Source: Eledone cirrhosa (lineage: Eukaryota). From it: a DNA stretch of 64,000 nt. Below, piece by piece: positions 52,255 to 64,000 of this stretch. The position numbers and the translations under genes are program-made. Numbering within the stretch: position 1 is the first letter of the stretch; every line of letters begins with the position of its first letter. The DNA lies in contig OZ024741.1 in NCBI GenBank assembly GCA_964016885.1, positions 61,380,001 through 61,444,000 on the forward strand, in the 5' to 3' direction. The notes under the pieces are model-generated. The model saw only the letters and a list, made by a program, of their open reading frames with translations. It was not told the DNA's origin and ran no database searches.

Positions 52255-52930
52255 CAATCCACTTGCATGGGAAGGCAAGTTCCTCGTATTACAGAATATC
52301 ACCAGTTTTGTAAGTCCTGAGTCATATCCATTGAGAGGTTCGGCTACATGAGGTTGGTTCTCACCACATTATCCCTCATTTTTGTAGGTCTTCCATTTCC
52401 AAGGGCTCCTTTGACTTTGAGTACTCTGCATTTCTTTATGCAGTAGATGTGTTTCTACCTATTCCTTTTCTACATACTGACCAAGGCTATTTCTCTGAAG
52501 GAATCAGGTCTCTGTTTTCTTTTTTACTTACTAGGACTTTGGTCTTTACTAGGTTGACTCTGAGGCCTTTTAATTCCAGCTTCTGCTTCCATGTCAGGAA
52601 TTTCTTCTCTAATTCTGTCCCAATTTCAGCTATGACAACTAGATCATAAGCATATAAGAGGTCCCATGAGCAGGCAGTTTTAAACTCCTCTGTTATAGCC
52701 TGAAAGACAATAACAAACAGGGGAGGCTGAAGACAGAGCTCTGGTGGACACTAAATTTATCACTCTTTTCATTGTTGATTTTAACCTTACTGACTGCATC
52801 TCTGTACATGACTAGTATCACTCTTACAAGCTATTCCTCTACCCAATAATTTCCTAAATGCCCAACTGATAATGGAGCGAGAAACCCTGTCAAAAGATTT
52901 CCAGGTAGAGCAGTTTATTCTTAGCTTACT
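52255..52930 (-). mobile_element. RTE LINE RT fragment (family of 18115-19280)
   Basis: FDRVSRSII..HQSSV..QAITEEFKTACSWDLLYAYDL. Confidence 0.75.
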
Positions 52931-54387
52931 GAAAGCAAAGTATAATCAGAAGAATTAAGCATAAATTTCAGGATGAGTCAGAAGACATGGTAACATACAC
53001 GCATAAACACACACACATGTATATAGTTGTATATTCGTATGGGTATGTATATATATACCCATACAAATATACAACTATATACACATACATATACCTATAC
53101 AAATATACATCTATATACACATACATATACCCATACAAATATACATCTATATATACATATATACATACACTTCCTGTGACATGTATATATACACTTATAG
53201 ACAAAGGCAAACGCACACACACACATTATATATATATATATATACATACACACACACATATGTACACACACACACATATATATATAAAGAAAGAGAGAGA
53301 GGGTATATAAACATATAGAGAAAGCAGATAAAGACTGGTAGATTCATCCTGTTGTCAACAAGCTCTGTAATCAATAGATATGAACCCACAATCTCAGGTA
53401 AACATGTTAACAACAACAATACCAGTGACTACAAGATTCATCCATTAGAAAATTAAAAGATGCATTGCTTCTTCCATCCTGCCACACCACTTGCCTGCCA
53501 ATCCTCTACTTCTTTAGAAGAATTAGTATTTGTATTATTAGTAGCTGTTGTTGTTGTTTAGCCCCAGGTCAGGACTGATAGAAAAGATGATCAAGTGATC
53601 AAAGGTGTTGCAGCTGTTGACAATTAGTCTTTTAAAATAGGTAATAGGTATAGTATAGATAAAACGGGATGGTTATATATATCATCATCATCATCATAAT
53701 CATCACCATTTAATGGCTATTTTCCATGCTTGTATCGATTAGAGAGATTGTTACAAACTGAGGCTTGACTGCTCAAGTGACCACGTCTTGTTCATACATT
53801 CCGCTCTTGGCTTGGTTTCTACAACTCCATTCTCTTCCTAATGCTAATCATTTTCCAGCATGTACTGGAATGGTTTGTTTTTTTTCGTGGCCATAGCTCT
53901 ACCACCTTACATGACAAATTAGGTGCTTTTTATTATGGCATCAACACTACTACTTTCTAGAGTGGACTAGGTGCATTTGAGAGTGGGCTGTAGGTATTTT
54001 TTTTTATTTATTTACCAGCATTCATGGAAGGGATACCATAACACCAGAGTGAGAAGAAGTGCTGAGTCATAGAGGGAGCACATCTTCTGTCCTGACATGG
54101 GTTTGACAAGGGAAGATTGAAGTGAGGAAGATGAACTGAGAAGTTAGGAAGGAGTGGGAAGCATGTTGGTTGGCAGGATGCTAAATTTTGTTTCCCTATA
54201 TACATGCTCATTTCATCCCACCTGCATGGGTTGGCAAATTGGCATGGTCGTTCGGGCTTACTGCATTCTGAATTCAAATTCCACCAAGGTTAACTTTGCC
54301 TATCATCTGTTCAAGGTCAATAAATAAAGTACTAGTCCAGTATATGCATACATACGTATGTGCACACATGCACACACATACACAACA

Positions 54388-54590
54388 CCCTGGCTGGACT
54401 ACAGGAAATCATTTGATTCGGTTCCCCACTCTTGGATGCTAAAAGCCCTTCGACTTGCCAAAGTCCCAGATACCATTATCAAAGCCTTTGAGAACCTATT
54501 CTCTTCCTGGTGCACTGTCCTGAAGAACTATTTTGACTGGTAGAATAGAATATTGCAGGGGTATGTTTCAAGGAGATAGTTTCTCTGTCT
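54388..54590 (+). mobile_element. R4/Dong-like RT fragment
   Basis: WLDYRKSFDSVPHSWM..RGMFQGDSFS. Confidence 0.7.
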
Positions 54591-55455
54591 GTCTGACATA
54601 CATACATGCATACGGACAGACAGACAGAAAAGGTTGGTGCCATAAACATTGCCTCAAAAAGAATCCCATGATATGTCTGAGGCCTATCATGGGGCTCGCA
54701 AGGCTAACCCGTGGTTTAGCAAGAAAAATGGCCATAAAATATTTGCTGTGTTGTTATATAATTATATATGAACCTTATATTAAGTTATGACTTTTGATGA
54801 GATCATGGCCAAAACTAGCTTTGGTTCTATGAAACAAAACCACCCAGTTTAATTTTATGTAAGAACCTTATGTGAAATTACTACATTTGTAATAAAATTA
54901 TTAATGATTTTTGTAAATCCCTCAATAGACTTCATTAATTAATTGAAAAAGAGTGTATTTCATTAATAATTCAGTCACAAAAATGTTAAAGTTCCTATTT
55001 AAATTTAAATCGTTCAACATGATTTTATATAAGAACCATATAAGTTATATCTTCTTAAAATAACTAATAATTTTAATAAATGCCTCAAAAGTTTTCATTA
55101 ATTAATTGAAATAAATTGTATTTCATTAGAAATACAGTCATGATAGAGTTAATCTATATGATTAGAAATAGGAAAGTCATCAATTTTCTTTCTGGTTATT
55201 ACAGTAGTAGCTGGGAAAAATATAAAATTTACTTTGACAGATAATTGTTAGCAGACATATTATATTATGCTATGACATCATCAAGATGATTTATCCAACA
55301 TCATTCAATTCATTTATTTCAGTTCACATTTTATTAACAGACACAATGATGAATTGGATTACTTTACACATCACAATGGCAACAACATTGAAAGTAATTC
55401 CAGCACTTAAACAATAGATACATTAGAGATGACAATAATATCATATATATATATA

Positions 55456-55546
<91 letters not shown>

Positions 55547-55640
55547 CATGTGTGTATGTGTATATATGTATATATATATATGTGTGTGTATATATATGTA
55601 TATATGTAGTGTGTATATACATATAGTATATATATATATA

Positions 55641-55678
<38 letters not shown>

Positions 55679-56699
55679 TATATACAACAATATAAATTTA
55701 ACCTAGTATATAGTGGTTAGGATGCTGTGCTCACAATTATAAAGTCATGAGTTCAATTCCCTGATGGGGTGGTACGTTGTGTCCTCAACCAAGACAAGTT
55801 ACTTTATGCTGTTCCAGTCCACTCAGTTGGCAAAAATGAGTAGTACCTGTATTCAAACGGCCAGCCTCTGTGGAATGCTCAGTCACAAACTGGTAGTTCT
55901 GCTGATTAAATCAACTGGAGCCTTTGTTTTCAGAAATGATAAAGGAAAAACACATATACACACGCATAAATGTGTGTGTGTGTGTGTGTAAGGTTGATGG
56001 AGGTTTCTTCTATTAATTTTGAGGGTAAGCTAAAACACATGCAACAGTGCTATGAGTGACAGTGAAGTTAAGATGCTGGAATAATCAAGTACCATCATGG
56101 GCATCACCTGATATGTTATCATTATGAGCCACCAACAATGGCAAGAACCTCATTGTTAGTGGCCTATCACCCCAAAACATCTCACATACCACAAGCTGAG
56201 AAAAATAGTTTTCCTAAAATTCTTGGTAGTTTATAATTATTTTCAAAATGCTTTAAAAAACCATGCTAGCATGCAAAATGGCCATTAAACAATGATGATG
56301 ATGATGATGATGAGGCAGTATCTTTCATTAGAAATATGGTAATGGAAAGGTTAAAGCATTTATATTTATAGAAAAATCTTTCATCAGAATCTTTAAGATA
56401 TGCTCCAAACACCAGCTTATTATTGAAAATGTTACGTATATTACTAAATTTTTCCAAATTCCAAATTAGTTTCAAAATTATTTGAAAATGATAGACAGTG
56501 TATTTCAGTATAACTAGGGTAACAACAATGGTTAGAATGTTTATATCATAATTATAAGTGAGAGCCTTTTAAGTCATTGCATATGTATAGATATTAGAAA
56601 GAAAGAAACGAAGGCCACCAGAGTGTAATTAGATAAGTTCTAATAATCCTAAAAGGTAGTGGGAAAGACACATTCTCTCTTATATACACATAAGTTTCA

Positions 56700-57600
56700 T
56701 GGTCATTGATTGTCAAAGTTTGCAATGGACTGGAAGTCACTGTTGGGGATTCTATTGCAGTAGCCAAATTTAAAATGTCTACTAAGAGTCATAATATCAT
56801 CAGAACACCCAAATGTGTAGAAAAGGTGCAGAAATTATCGATAAGAACCCAGAAAGTTAATTAGAACCATTGTTAAGGACCTCAAGGTTTCAAGGCACAC
56901 TATCGGAAGAACTGTGAATAAGGACCAATACAAGTTATATGTAATGCAAAGACAAATAATACTGTCTGATCCATGCAAAGTGCTTGTTTGAGAATGTTGC
57001 CTGGAATGCTTTGATTTTTCTCTGATGAGAAAAACTTTGATCAGGACCAAAAAGTCAACCTAAGGTATGACAGATGGTTATATAGAAGCCCTAAAGACAT
57101 TGCAACGGCTTTGCACACAATATTTCCAGCAACTGTGATATTTCTGGAAGTGCTGAGCAATGCAGGAGATGTTATGCCTCCTCTCTTCCTTCCTCAGGGC
57201 TTAAGGGTCAATGCTGCTGATTATAAGGAGGTGTTGGAGAGGGTTGTGAAGTCTTGATTAGAGAGCATGTGCAAAAGAAGACCATACACATTCCTACAAG
57301 ACTCTGGGGTGTCTCATAAGGCCAAAACTACACAAAAATAGATAAGTTAGAATCGCCACAATCACATCAACCCAGACTTGAATCCATTGGACTACAATAT
57401 ATGTGACATAGAGGAGAGGGGAGTGAATCAACACCGTATAACACTATAAAATCTCTTAAGTTCACACATGTCAAAAACAGGTAAATATTAACTGATACCA
57501 ATATGTCAACATCACAGATTGAAGCAATTAATGCTAAAGGCATTGAGTAGATGCATCAAGTGGGGTCTCAAGATTATTCATGATAATTTTTTCTCAAATA
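56700..57600 (+). mobile_element. Older, decayed maT/DD37D transposase copy
   Basis: FFSDEKNFDQDQKVN..FPATVIFLEVLSNAGDVMPP..FLQDS..PDLNPLDY, with stops. Confidence 0.8.
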
Positions 57601-57699
57601 AAGCTCTTCTTTTATGACATGCATCTTTAACTAAATTCATGCAAATATCTGCAAGCAGGGAAAAGTGGACGTAAAATGAAATGAAAAACGATGAAATGA

Positions 57700-57972
57700 T
57701 CTTCAAATAACTAAGAAACCTTTTATTTTCAAAAGGATTTGTAAATTATAATCAGTGTATTTCACAAGAAATATAATAACAAAAGGGTTAAAGTGTTTCC
57801 ACTTCTTGAAAAACACCATCAACATAATTCTATATTAGAACTTAAGTCATGTTCCAAACATCAGGTAAATAATGAAGTTATATGACTAATTCTCTCCAAA
57901 TTCTAAATTATTTTCAAAATTATATGAAAATTATAGGCAGCGTCATTCATTAGAAATGTAGTATTAAAAGGG
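57700..57972. mobile_element. Two piggyBac-like MITE copies joined at TTAA 57788-57791
   Basis: aaaaggg-ttaa ends at 57787 and 57972. Confidence 0.65.
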
Positions 57973-58559
57973 TTAAACCAGAGAAACTTCTCAAAGACCT
58001 TGACCTTTTACTAATCCAAAACTAATAATAACCAGAATTCTATGAAATTTCTTCAATATAACATGAAATTATGTTTCTTTAATTCTGATTAACCCTCACC
58101 TCATTAGTTAATTATGACATCGTGAAATTACAAAATCTGGCGGCCACATTCATTAATTTAGCTATTTAAGTCTATTATGGTAGACTTAAAATTCTACACT
58201 TTCTTATTGATGTTTTAATGTCTTACTGCTTATCGTTGTTATTGTTGGTGTTATATCAGTCACACATGTACTTGTTGTTATTGCTGTTGTTATTATTGCT
58301 TTGTTGTTGTAACTGTCACTGCTGTTGTAATTTTTATTGCTGTTGTAACTGATGCTGTTATAACAGTAAATGTGATTGCAAGATTGCAATAAATGTGTTA
58401 ATTATAATTACTAACAAAATCATGACCATGAGCACAACGCCATTATCAACATCAACACCATCATCAGCACCATTACAACCAATAACCACCTCTTATGGTA
58501 CCACCATTACCACTACCATCATCATCATCATTGTCATTATAAATACCACCTCAATGCCC

Positions 58560-59665
58560 CAATGTCCAGGGAGTTTTTTCTGAGACATTCTAACCACATT
58601 CCTGTAATATCAGAGCTGTGATCTCTCAATTTGGAGAAGTAGTGGCTCTACGTGTAGCGATTCTCTGATTTTTTAGCTACACACTCTATCGAGTAATGTT
58701 ACTCCAAAGACCCTTTGGAGGAACCCTATTTTAGCTGCTTGTACTCGCAATCTTATTCTTTTGGTCATTACCCAAAATTCATGACGATTGTTAAGGGTTG
58801 GCTCAGATACCAGATTGAAGATAAGTGAGTTTGGCTTTTACACAAGCCAGCCTCGTATTTACTGAATGCTGAAGCTGCCATGTTACTGCACCAGCTCCTG
58901 CACTTAATTCAGCCTCCTGCCTTCCATCACTCATGCAGACAGCCCCAAGATACTTGAACTTATTCGTCTATTTCAGTGGAACTCCCCTAACATTTAGAGT
59001 GCACTGCACAAGCTTCCATGAAAGGGAGACAATTAAAGAGGGATTGCTCCAATTATAGAAGAATCTCCACTAAAGTCTATGCTAAGTTTCTGGGAGAGAG
59101 ATGTAGAGAGAATGTTGAGTCCAAGCTAGCTGATGAACAATGTGGTTTTTACCCCAGACACAGCACTACTGTCCAAATATCATGCTGCAGCAGTTCTTTG
59201 AGAAATGATTGGAGTACTGCCAAGAGGTATGTGCTTGCTTTATAGACCTGGAGAAGGCATACAACTGCATTCCATAAGCCTTGCTGTGGAAGATTCTATA
59301 GGAGAATGGGATTGATGGAGAACTTGTTGCTCCAATTGTCTCTATAATCTATATGAATGCCCTAGTATTTGTGTTTTGGGGTAAATGGTGCTAAATCAAA
59401 ACCATTCAATGTGGGAATTGCACATCAAAGGTGCGTATTGTCACCTCTCCTGTTCATAATCTTCATGAACTGGATTGGCATGCACAACCAGGTTGGAAGT
59501 AGTATCACAATTGGTGGATGTAAGATCAGTTGGATGAAATTTGCAGATGACATGGTATTACTTAACTCATCAGAAGGTGATCTGCAACATGCACTTGATA
59601 GGTTTGATGCTGAGTGCTGCATGGCTGGAATGGAATTCAATGCTGCAAAGACTGAGACACTTATC
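58560..59665 (-). mobile_element. RTE LINE with 5' inversion (RT core on + 59015-59665, continuation on - 58560-59010)
   Basis: +: DCSNYR, EQCGF, FIDLEKAY, LSPLLF, FADD, KTE; -: FKYLG..SDGRQEAE. Confidence 0.8.
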
Positions 59666-60056
59666 TACTCATTAAAAATGTTATAGTCTAAAATATTTTA
59701 TGTATTACTTTAAGCCATATTAGAATGTTGGGGAGAATTACAAATATATAGAGGAAGGATAGAAGGATGCTTCCATAACTCCTGAGAGAGTAATAGGAGC
59801 ACCATACTGACATATGGTACTTCTAGGGCATTGTTTAACCTGGTGGAACCCAATCCTCTCCATGTCTGAATATAGCAGATTTTTTCTGCAGAAGGATAGA
59901 AAGTGAAAGAGAAGAAGTGAGAAAGAAATATAGAGAAAGTATCAACCCCAGTACTTGACTGGTACTTTTTTATCAATATCTCATGAATGAAATGCAAAGT
60001 GGACCTCTGAGAGAGCAGATGGCCAGAAAGCATTCTACCCAATGTTCTAATGACTC

Positions 60057-60969
60057 TACCATTTGCCACCATCAATATAGAGAGGGACAAGGTATACCTG
60101 TAAAATACATAAAGGGTATGAAAGCATGGTTACGAAGTGTGTGTATAACTAGAAAGAGCGATAGGTTGTGGAAAATCAAAAGAAATATATAAAATGCAAT
60201 AAAAATAGAGGTAAAAAAATATAAAATATAGTATAAGATAATACAAAGCAAGTATTGTAAAATAAAAAAAAAATTTTTTTTTTAAATATAAAAACATAAA
60301 AAATAATAATATAAATATAAAAACAATTTTAAAAAAATTTTAAAAGTGCAAAAGTGAGAGTATAAAGAATATATAGATGTATATCAAGAAAATGTGATAT
60401 GGTTATGGGAAAACCAACAACAACAAAGGAAATTTCCATAAATGATATAAAATAGAATAAAAAAACAGAAAATAATATAAATCACTGAATAAGAGAAGTG
60501 GATGAAATAAAAATCAAAATAAAATAATGCAAAATTGATAAAGGTAACTGGCATAGAGTAACTGTCATGGAGGATGGCTAGGAGATACAGGCCGGAAGAT
60601 ATACATTACACGGGGGACAAGCAAATCCAAAGTATTTATTTTAATTTCTAAAAATAACCTTTAAAAATAACTTTTAAAAATAATTCACCTCAAGACGTTC
60701 TGATAACGTCCAATAACCTATCCATAAGTTTTACATGTGTAAAGAATATTGTATTTATAATATTGTATATACACTACCATACATACAATACCAGTATGCA
60801 AGTATGATTCATGTATGTAATAATTGTTTCTACTTTAGGCACAAGGCCAGCAATTATCCAGTGCATTACTGGTACCATTTGCCACCATCAATATAGAGAG
60901 GGACAAGGTATACCTGTAAAATACATAAAGGGTATGAAAGCATGGTTACGAAGTGTGTGTATAACTAGA
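60057..60969. repeat. Perfect 97-bp direct repeat (60057-60153, 60873-60969) flanking a 719-bp A-rich segment
   Basis: Direct comparison. Confidence 0.9.
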
Positions 60970-61195
60970 TAATGTGTGTGTAATATGACATCTAATGTCT
61001 TTATTGTTTTGTACCTATCCAACCAAACACTTATCCATGACACAAGAAATAGGGTCTCCATAAATGTAATGATGTATTAACTGAATATATTAATGTTTTA
61101 ATACTTTAATACGGTATTTTTATTTTATTTGTACTGTATTATCATTTACTTAATTATAGTTACTCTATAGTTCTTTATTATTATTATCAATAAAA

Positions 61196-61413
61196 GTGAT
61201 GGATTGGCTGTATCGGTGGAGCATTGTACAACATGCTTCACAGCATAGAGTTACAGCCCTTTGCTTTCTGAATTCAAATCCCGCCGAGGTTAGCTTTGCC
61301 TGTAATCCTTATGGGGTCTATAAATAAAGTATCAGTAATGCACTGAGGTCAATTTAATCGACTTTCCTCTACCCTTCGAATTGCTGACCTTTGCCTAAAG
61401 TAGAAACAATTAT
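61196..61413 (+). mobile_element. OK-like SINE
   Basis: Core gccgaggttagctttgcc..; tail gcctaaagtagaaacaattatt. Confidence 0.8.
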
Positions 61414-61469
61414 TTTTATTATTATTATTAAAAAACAATGTTGACCAAAACAAACAGTTTTCTACTGAA

Positions 61470-62195
61470 GTGTGTTCCTACGAACCGGGCAAGCTGAACC
61501 TGCTGCAGTTACTCAAATAGAAAAGGCCCTAAAAGATGTAATGGCAGATGTAGCTCACATATAAAGAGAAAGACAGTTTGCCAGTGTCGAAGTCGTCTTT
61601 AAAAGAGTAGATGTGACATAAAAACATTTGGTGGTCCCTCAATAAGGTTTAGTAAAGGAGTAGCAATAAAGAAAACTAGAATAGTGAGAGAACTAGTTAG
61701 AAAGCTAAAAGAGCCCTTAGGAAAGGCATTGTACTAATAGTGAAATTGGTGCTTGACCAATTCTTCAATGTGAAGCATGGAGGCTGCATTGTCAGAGCTC
61801 TTAAAGAAGAGGGAACAAAAGCCATTTGATGGGCTCAAGTGGTGAAGGTGCAGCATGGCAACAAAGCTACAATCCAGTCTTTGGCAAACCACAATGGGTG
61901 CAATGTACTTGATCCCAAACAGATGCGTGTAGATTTTCAGTGACACTTCACACAAATATTTGGGAGCAGTGGTGGACAGGATTGAGATATGAATTCCAGT
62001 GTCTACCTCAATAGCCTGCTGCAGCTCTTGGTGAGGAAGGCAAGGTGTTATGAAAAGCTGATAACATTTGATGAAATATGGAACATGATGACTAGCTGCA
62101 TGAAAGGCAAACTGCCTGATTTGGATGGTCTGGCCTATGAGCTTTATGCAAACATGCCAGATTTGTTCGATGACATCTTAGCAGACATTTATGTC
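61470..62195 (+). mobile_element. L1/Tx1-like ORF2 fragment
   Basis: GKLPDLDGLAYELYANMPDLFDDILADIY resembles GKSPGxDGLPxExY. Confidence 0.6.
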
Positions 62196-62199
62196 AGAA

Positions 62200-63400
62200 A
62201 TTTCCTACACATGGTTAATTCCATTTGCCAATTATTAATCTCTTAATCAAATTCACTATATTGTCTGAAAGTTGTACCAGTTCTAAACTTTCTAAGATCC
62301 AGGAATGGAGGACCATATCATAAGCACTTTTATAATCCATCCACACCATTCCCAAATTTATGTGTCACCTCTTACAATCTTTAAGTACTATTCTATCAAT
62401 GAGATGCTGATCTCTGTTCCATGGCTTTTCTTTCTGTTTTCAACCTGTACCCTTGTACATCATCTGTTCCTGGATTTTTCCATTTGGGAATCCTGTTTGC
62501 TTGCATTGTCACCATCTCAGTAGTTATTGCTACATTTTCTTGTTTTATTCCCTCATTATCAGGTCTTAATTCCTTCAACCACTCAGCTTCTTTATCATAG
62601 CCTTTATTACTATCCCAGATGTTACAGAATATCTTACTCTTTTCAGCATCTCTTTTCTCATTGTTGTTTACTTTCAGCCCATCCAGCTAAACACCTTTTT
62701 GATCCTGTTGGGAACATTTTGTTGATCTTATATTGATCTATCATCTGTTCATAACTCTTAATTCCGGTTGCTTTAGTCTGTAGTCTCTGTTTAAGTTCTT
62801 ACAAAACTACATTTACACCCTTATTTTTAATCCTGTATTTATATTCAAGTACCTGGTATTTCTCCTTCCACCTAAGTTTGCCTCGTTACTTTTTGTCTAG
62901 GATGCTGATATCTTACCTGATTTCCTTAATGGCCTGCTCTGCTCTCCTATTCCACCATGGTTCGTTTCCTTCATAGTTTCTTCATTGGTGTGTTTTGAGA
63001 GCTACTTTCCTCTCAATATAAAGGGTGCATACTTTGATTAGGTTCTTTATTGCTGTTATGTTGTCTGTCCTTATTTCAGATAACACTCCATTCACCTTTT
63101 CCATCCATTCCCTAAGCAGACTTCTATCAATTTTCTTAAACCCTTTGATATTCTTTCACATGACTATCCTCTTCACTTAATGTTTTTCCTATATCCACTA
63201 GATATTCCGTCTCATGTTTATTTTCCTGTTCATTACCATTCAATAAGATTTCTTCAGCATTTACAACAATAACCTCCTCAACATCTTCCACCACATTAGT
63301 ATTATTGTTATTATCATTGTAGTTAATACTGTTATTGTTATTTTTAATACTGGCACCGTTGTTGCTGTTATGATTACCATAGTAATAAAGCAACCACAGT
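62200..63400 (-). mobile_element. R4/Dong-like LINE fragment (pre-RT region)
   Basis: EPWWNRR..DISIL..ELKQRL..QYKINKMF..AEWLKEL..WKNPGTDDVQGYRLK. Confidence 0.75.
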
Positions 63401-64000
63401 GCCAATCAAACCCAGTAAAACTAGAACAATAATATTTGGTGACCAGAGACAGTAATGGTGACAAAGGAGCATGCATAAACTCAGAGAGAGAAATGATTAT
63501 AGTGATAATTAAAAGAGGCTGGATGTTTTATGCTAATGAACTCAGCAAAAACAGATAAAGCTGAAACTGAAATAGACCACATACGTTAGCTGTCAGCACT
63601 TGAATTAATCAACACATCCTAGAGTTTACTATATACACTAGTTAGAAAATAGACCATACCACACAAAAACTAAAGGAAGAAAAAAAAAATGGCAAGTCAA
63701 ATGTTCACTGGACTTTTGCAAACATAGAAGTGTTTGCTTTACAGCATATCAACTCCTCCACATAATTGTGTTAACATCTGATGATGCCACACTGGTACCA
63801 GTGGCTATTGTAATGATTACACAATGGCTGCACACTGGTGTCACTAAAATACACATTATGCAATAAATATGATTATGTGACATCTGTCTTAACGTTAATT
63901 CATATATATATATATGTTATAAATTATATATATATTGTGAACCTAATATAACTGTAATTTTTCTTCCTGTGTTTTGTTTTGTTTCATTTATTAACTATAT

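Noticed and set aside
57021-57036. CTGATGA matches at 5671, 7342, 7792, 57022 and 59130
   Set aside because: Lie in transposon coding sequence with no hammerhead stems

Overview
AT-rich eukaryotic, repeat-saturated DNA with no confidently identifiable host gene. The tRNA-headed SINEs resemble the OK/OR SINEs of octopods, so the source is probably a cephalopod mollusc (inference). Transposons present: a TSD-flanked CR1-type LINE (5103-8786, minus); RTE, R4/Dong, CRE-like, L1/Tx1 and Penelope fragments; two maT (DD37D) Tc1/mariner copies; four non-autonomous Helitrons; many TTAA-bounded piggyBac-like MITEs; two SINE families; and abundant microsatellites. The main unexplained signal is a non-coding array at 34269-36678: about 4.3 near-identical ~560-bp units inserted in (TA)n with a 5' inversion. 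Each full unit carries a type I hammerhead ribozyme with a palindromic stem III, making it a candidate retrozyme that would yield ~560-nt (circular) RNAs. At least five further, sequence-unrelated hammerhead motifs occur at ~22.1, 25.8, 30.8, 32.2 and 41.6 kb, mostly next to (TA)n or Penelope remnants. All ribozyme folds were done by eye and need covariance-model and experimental confirmation.
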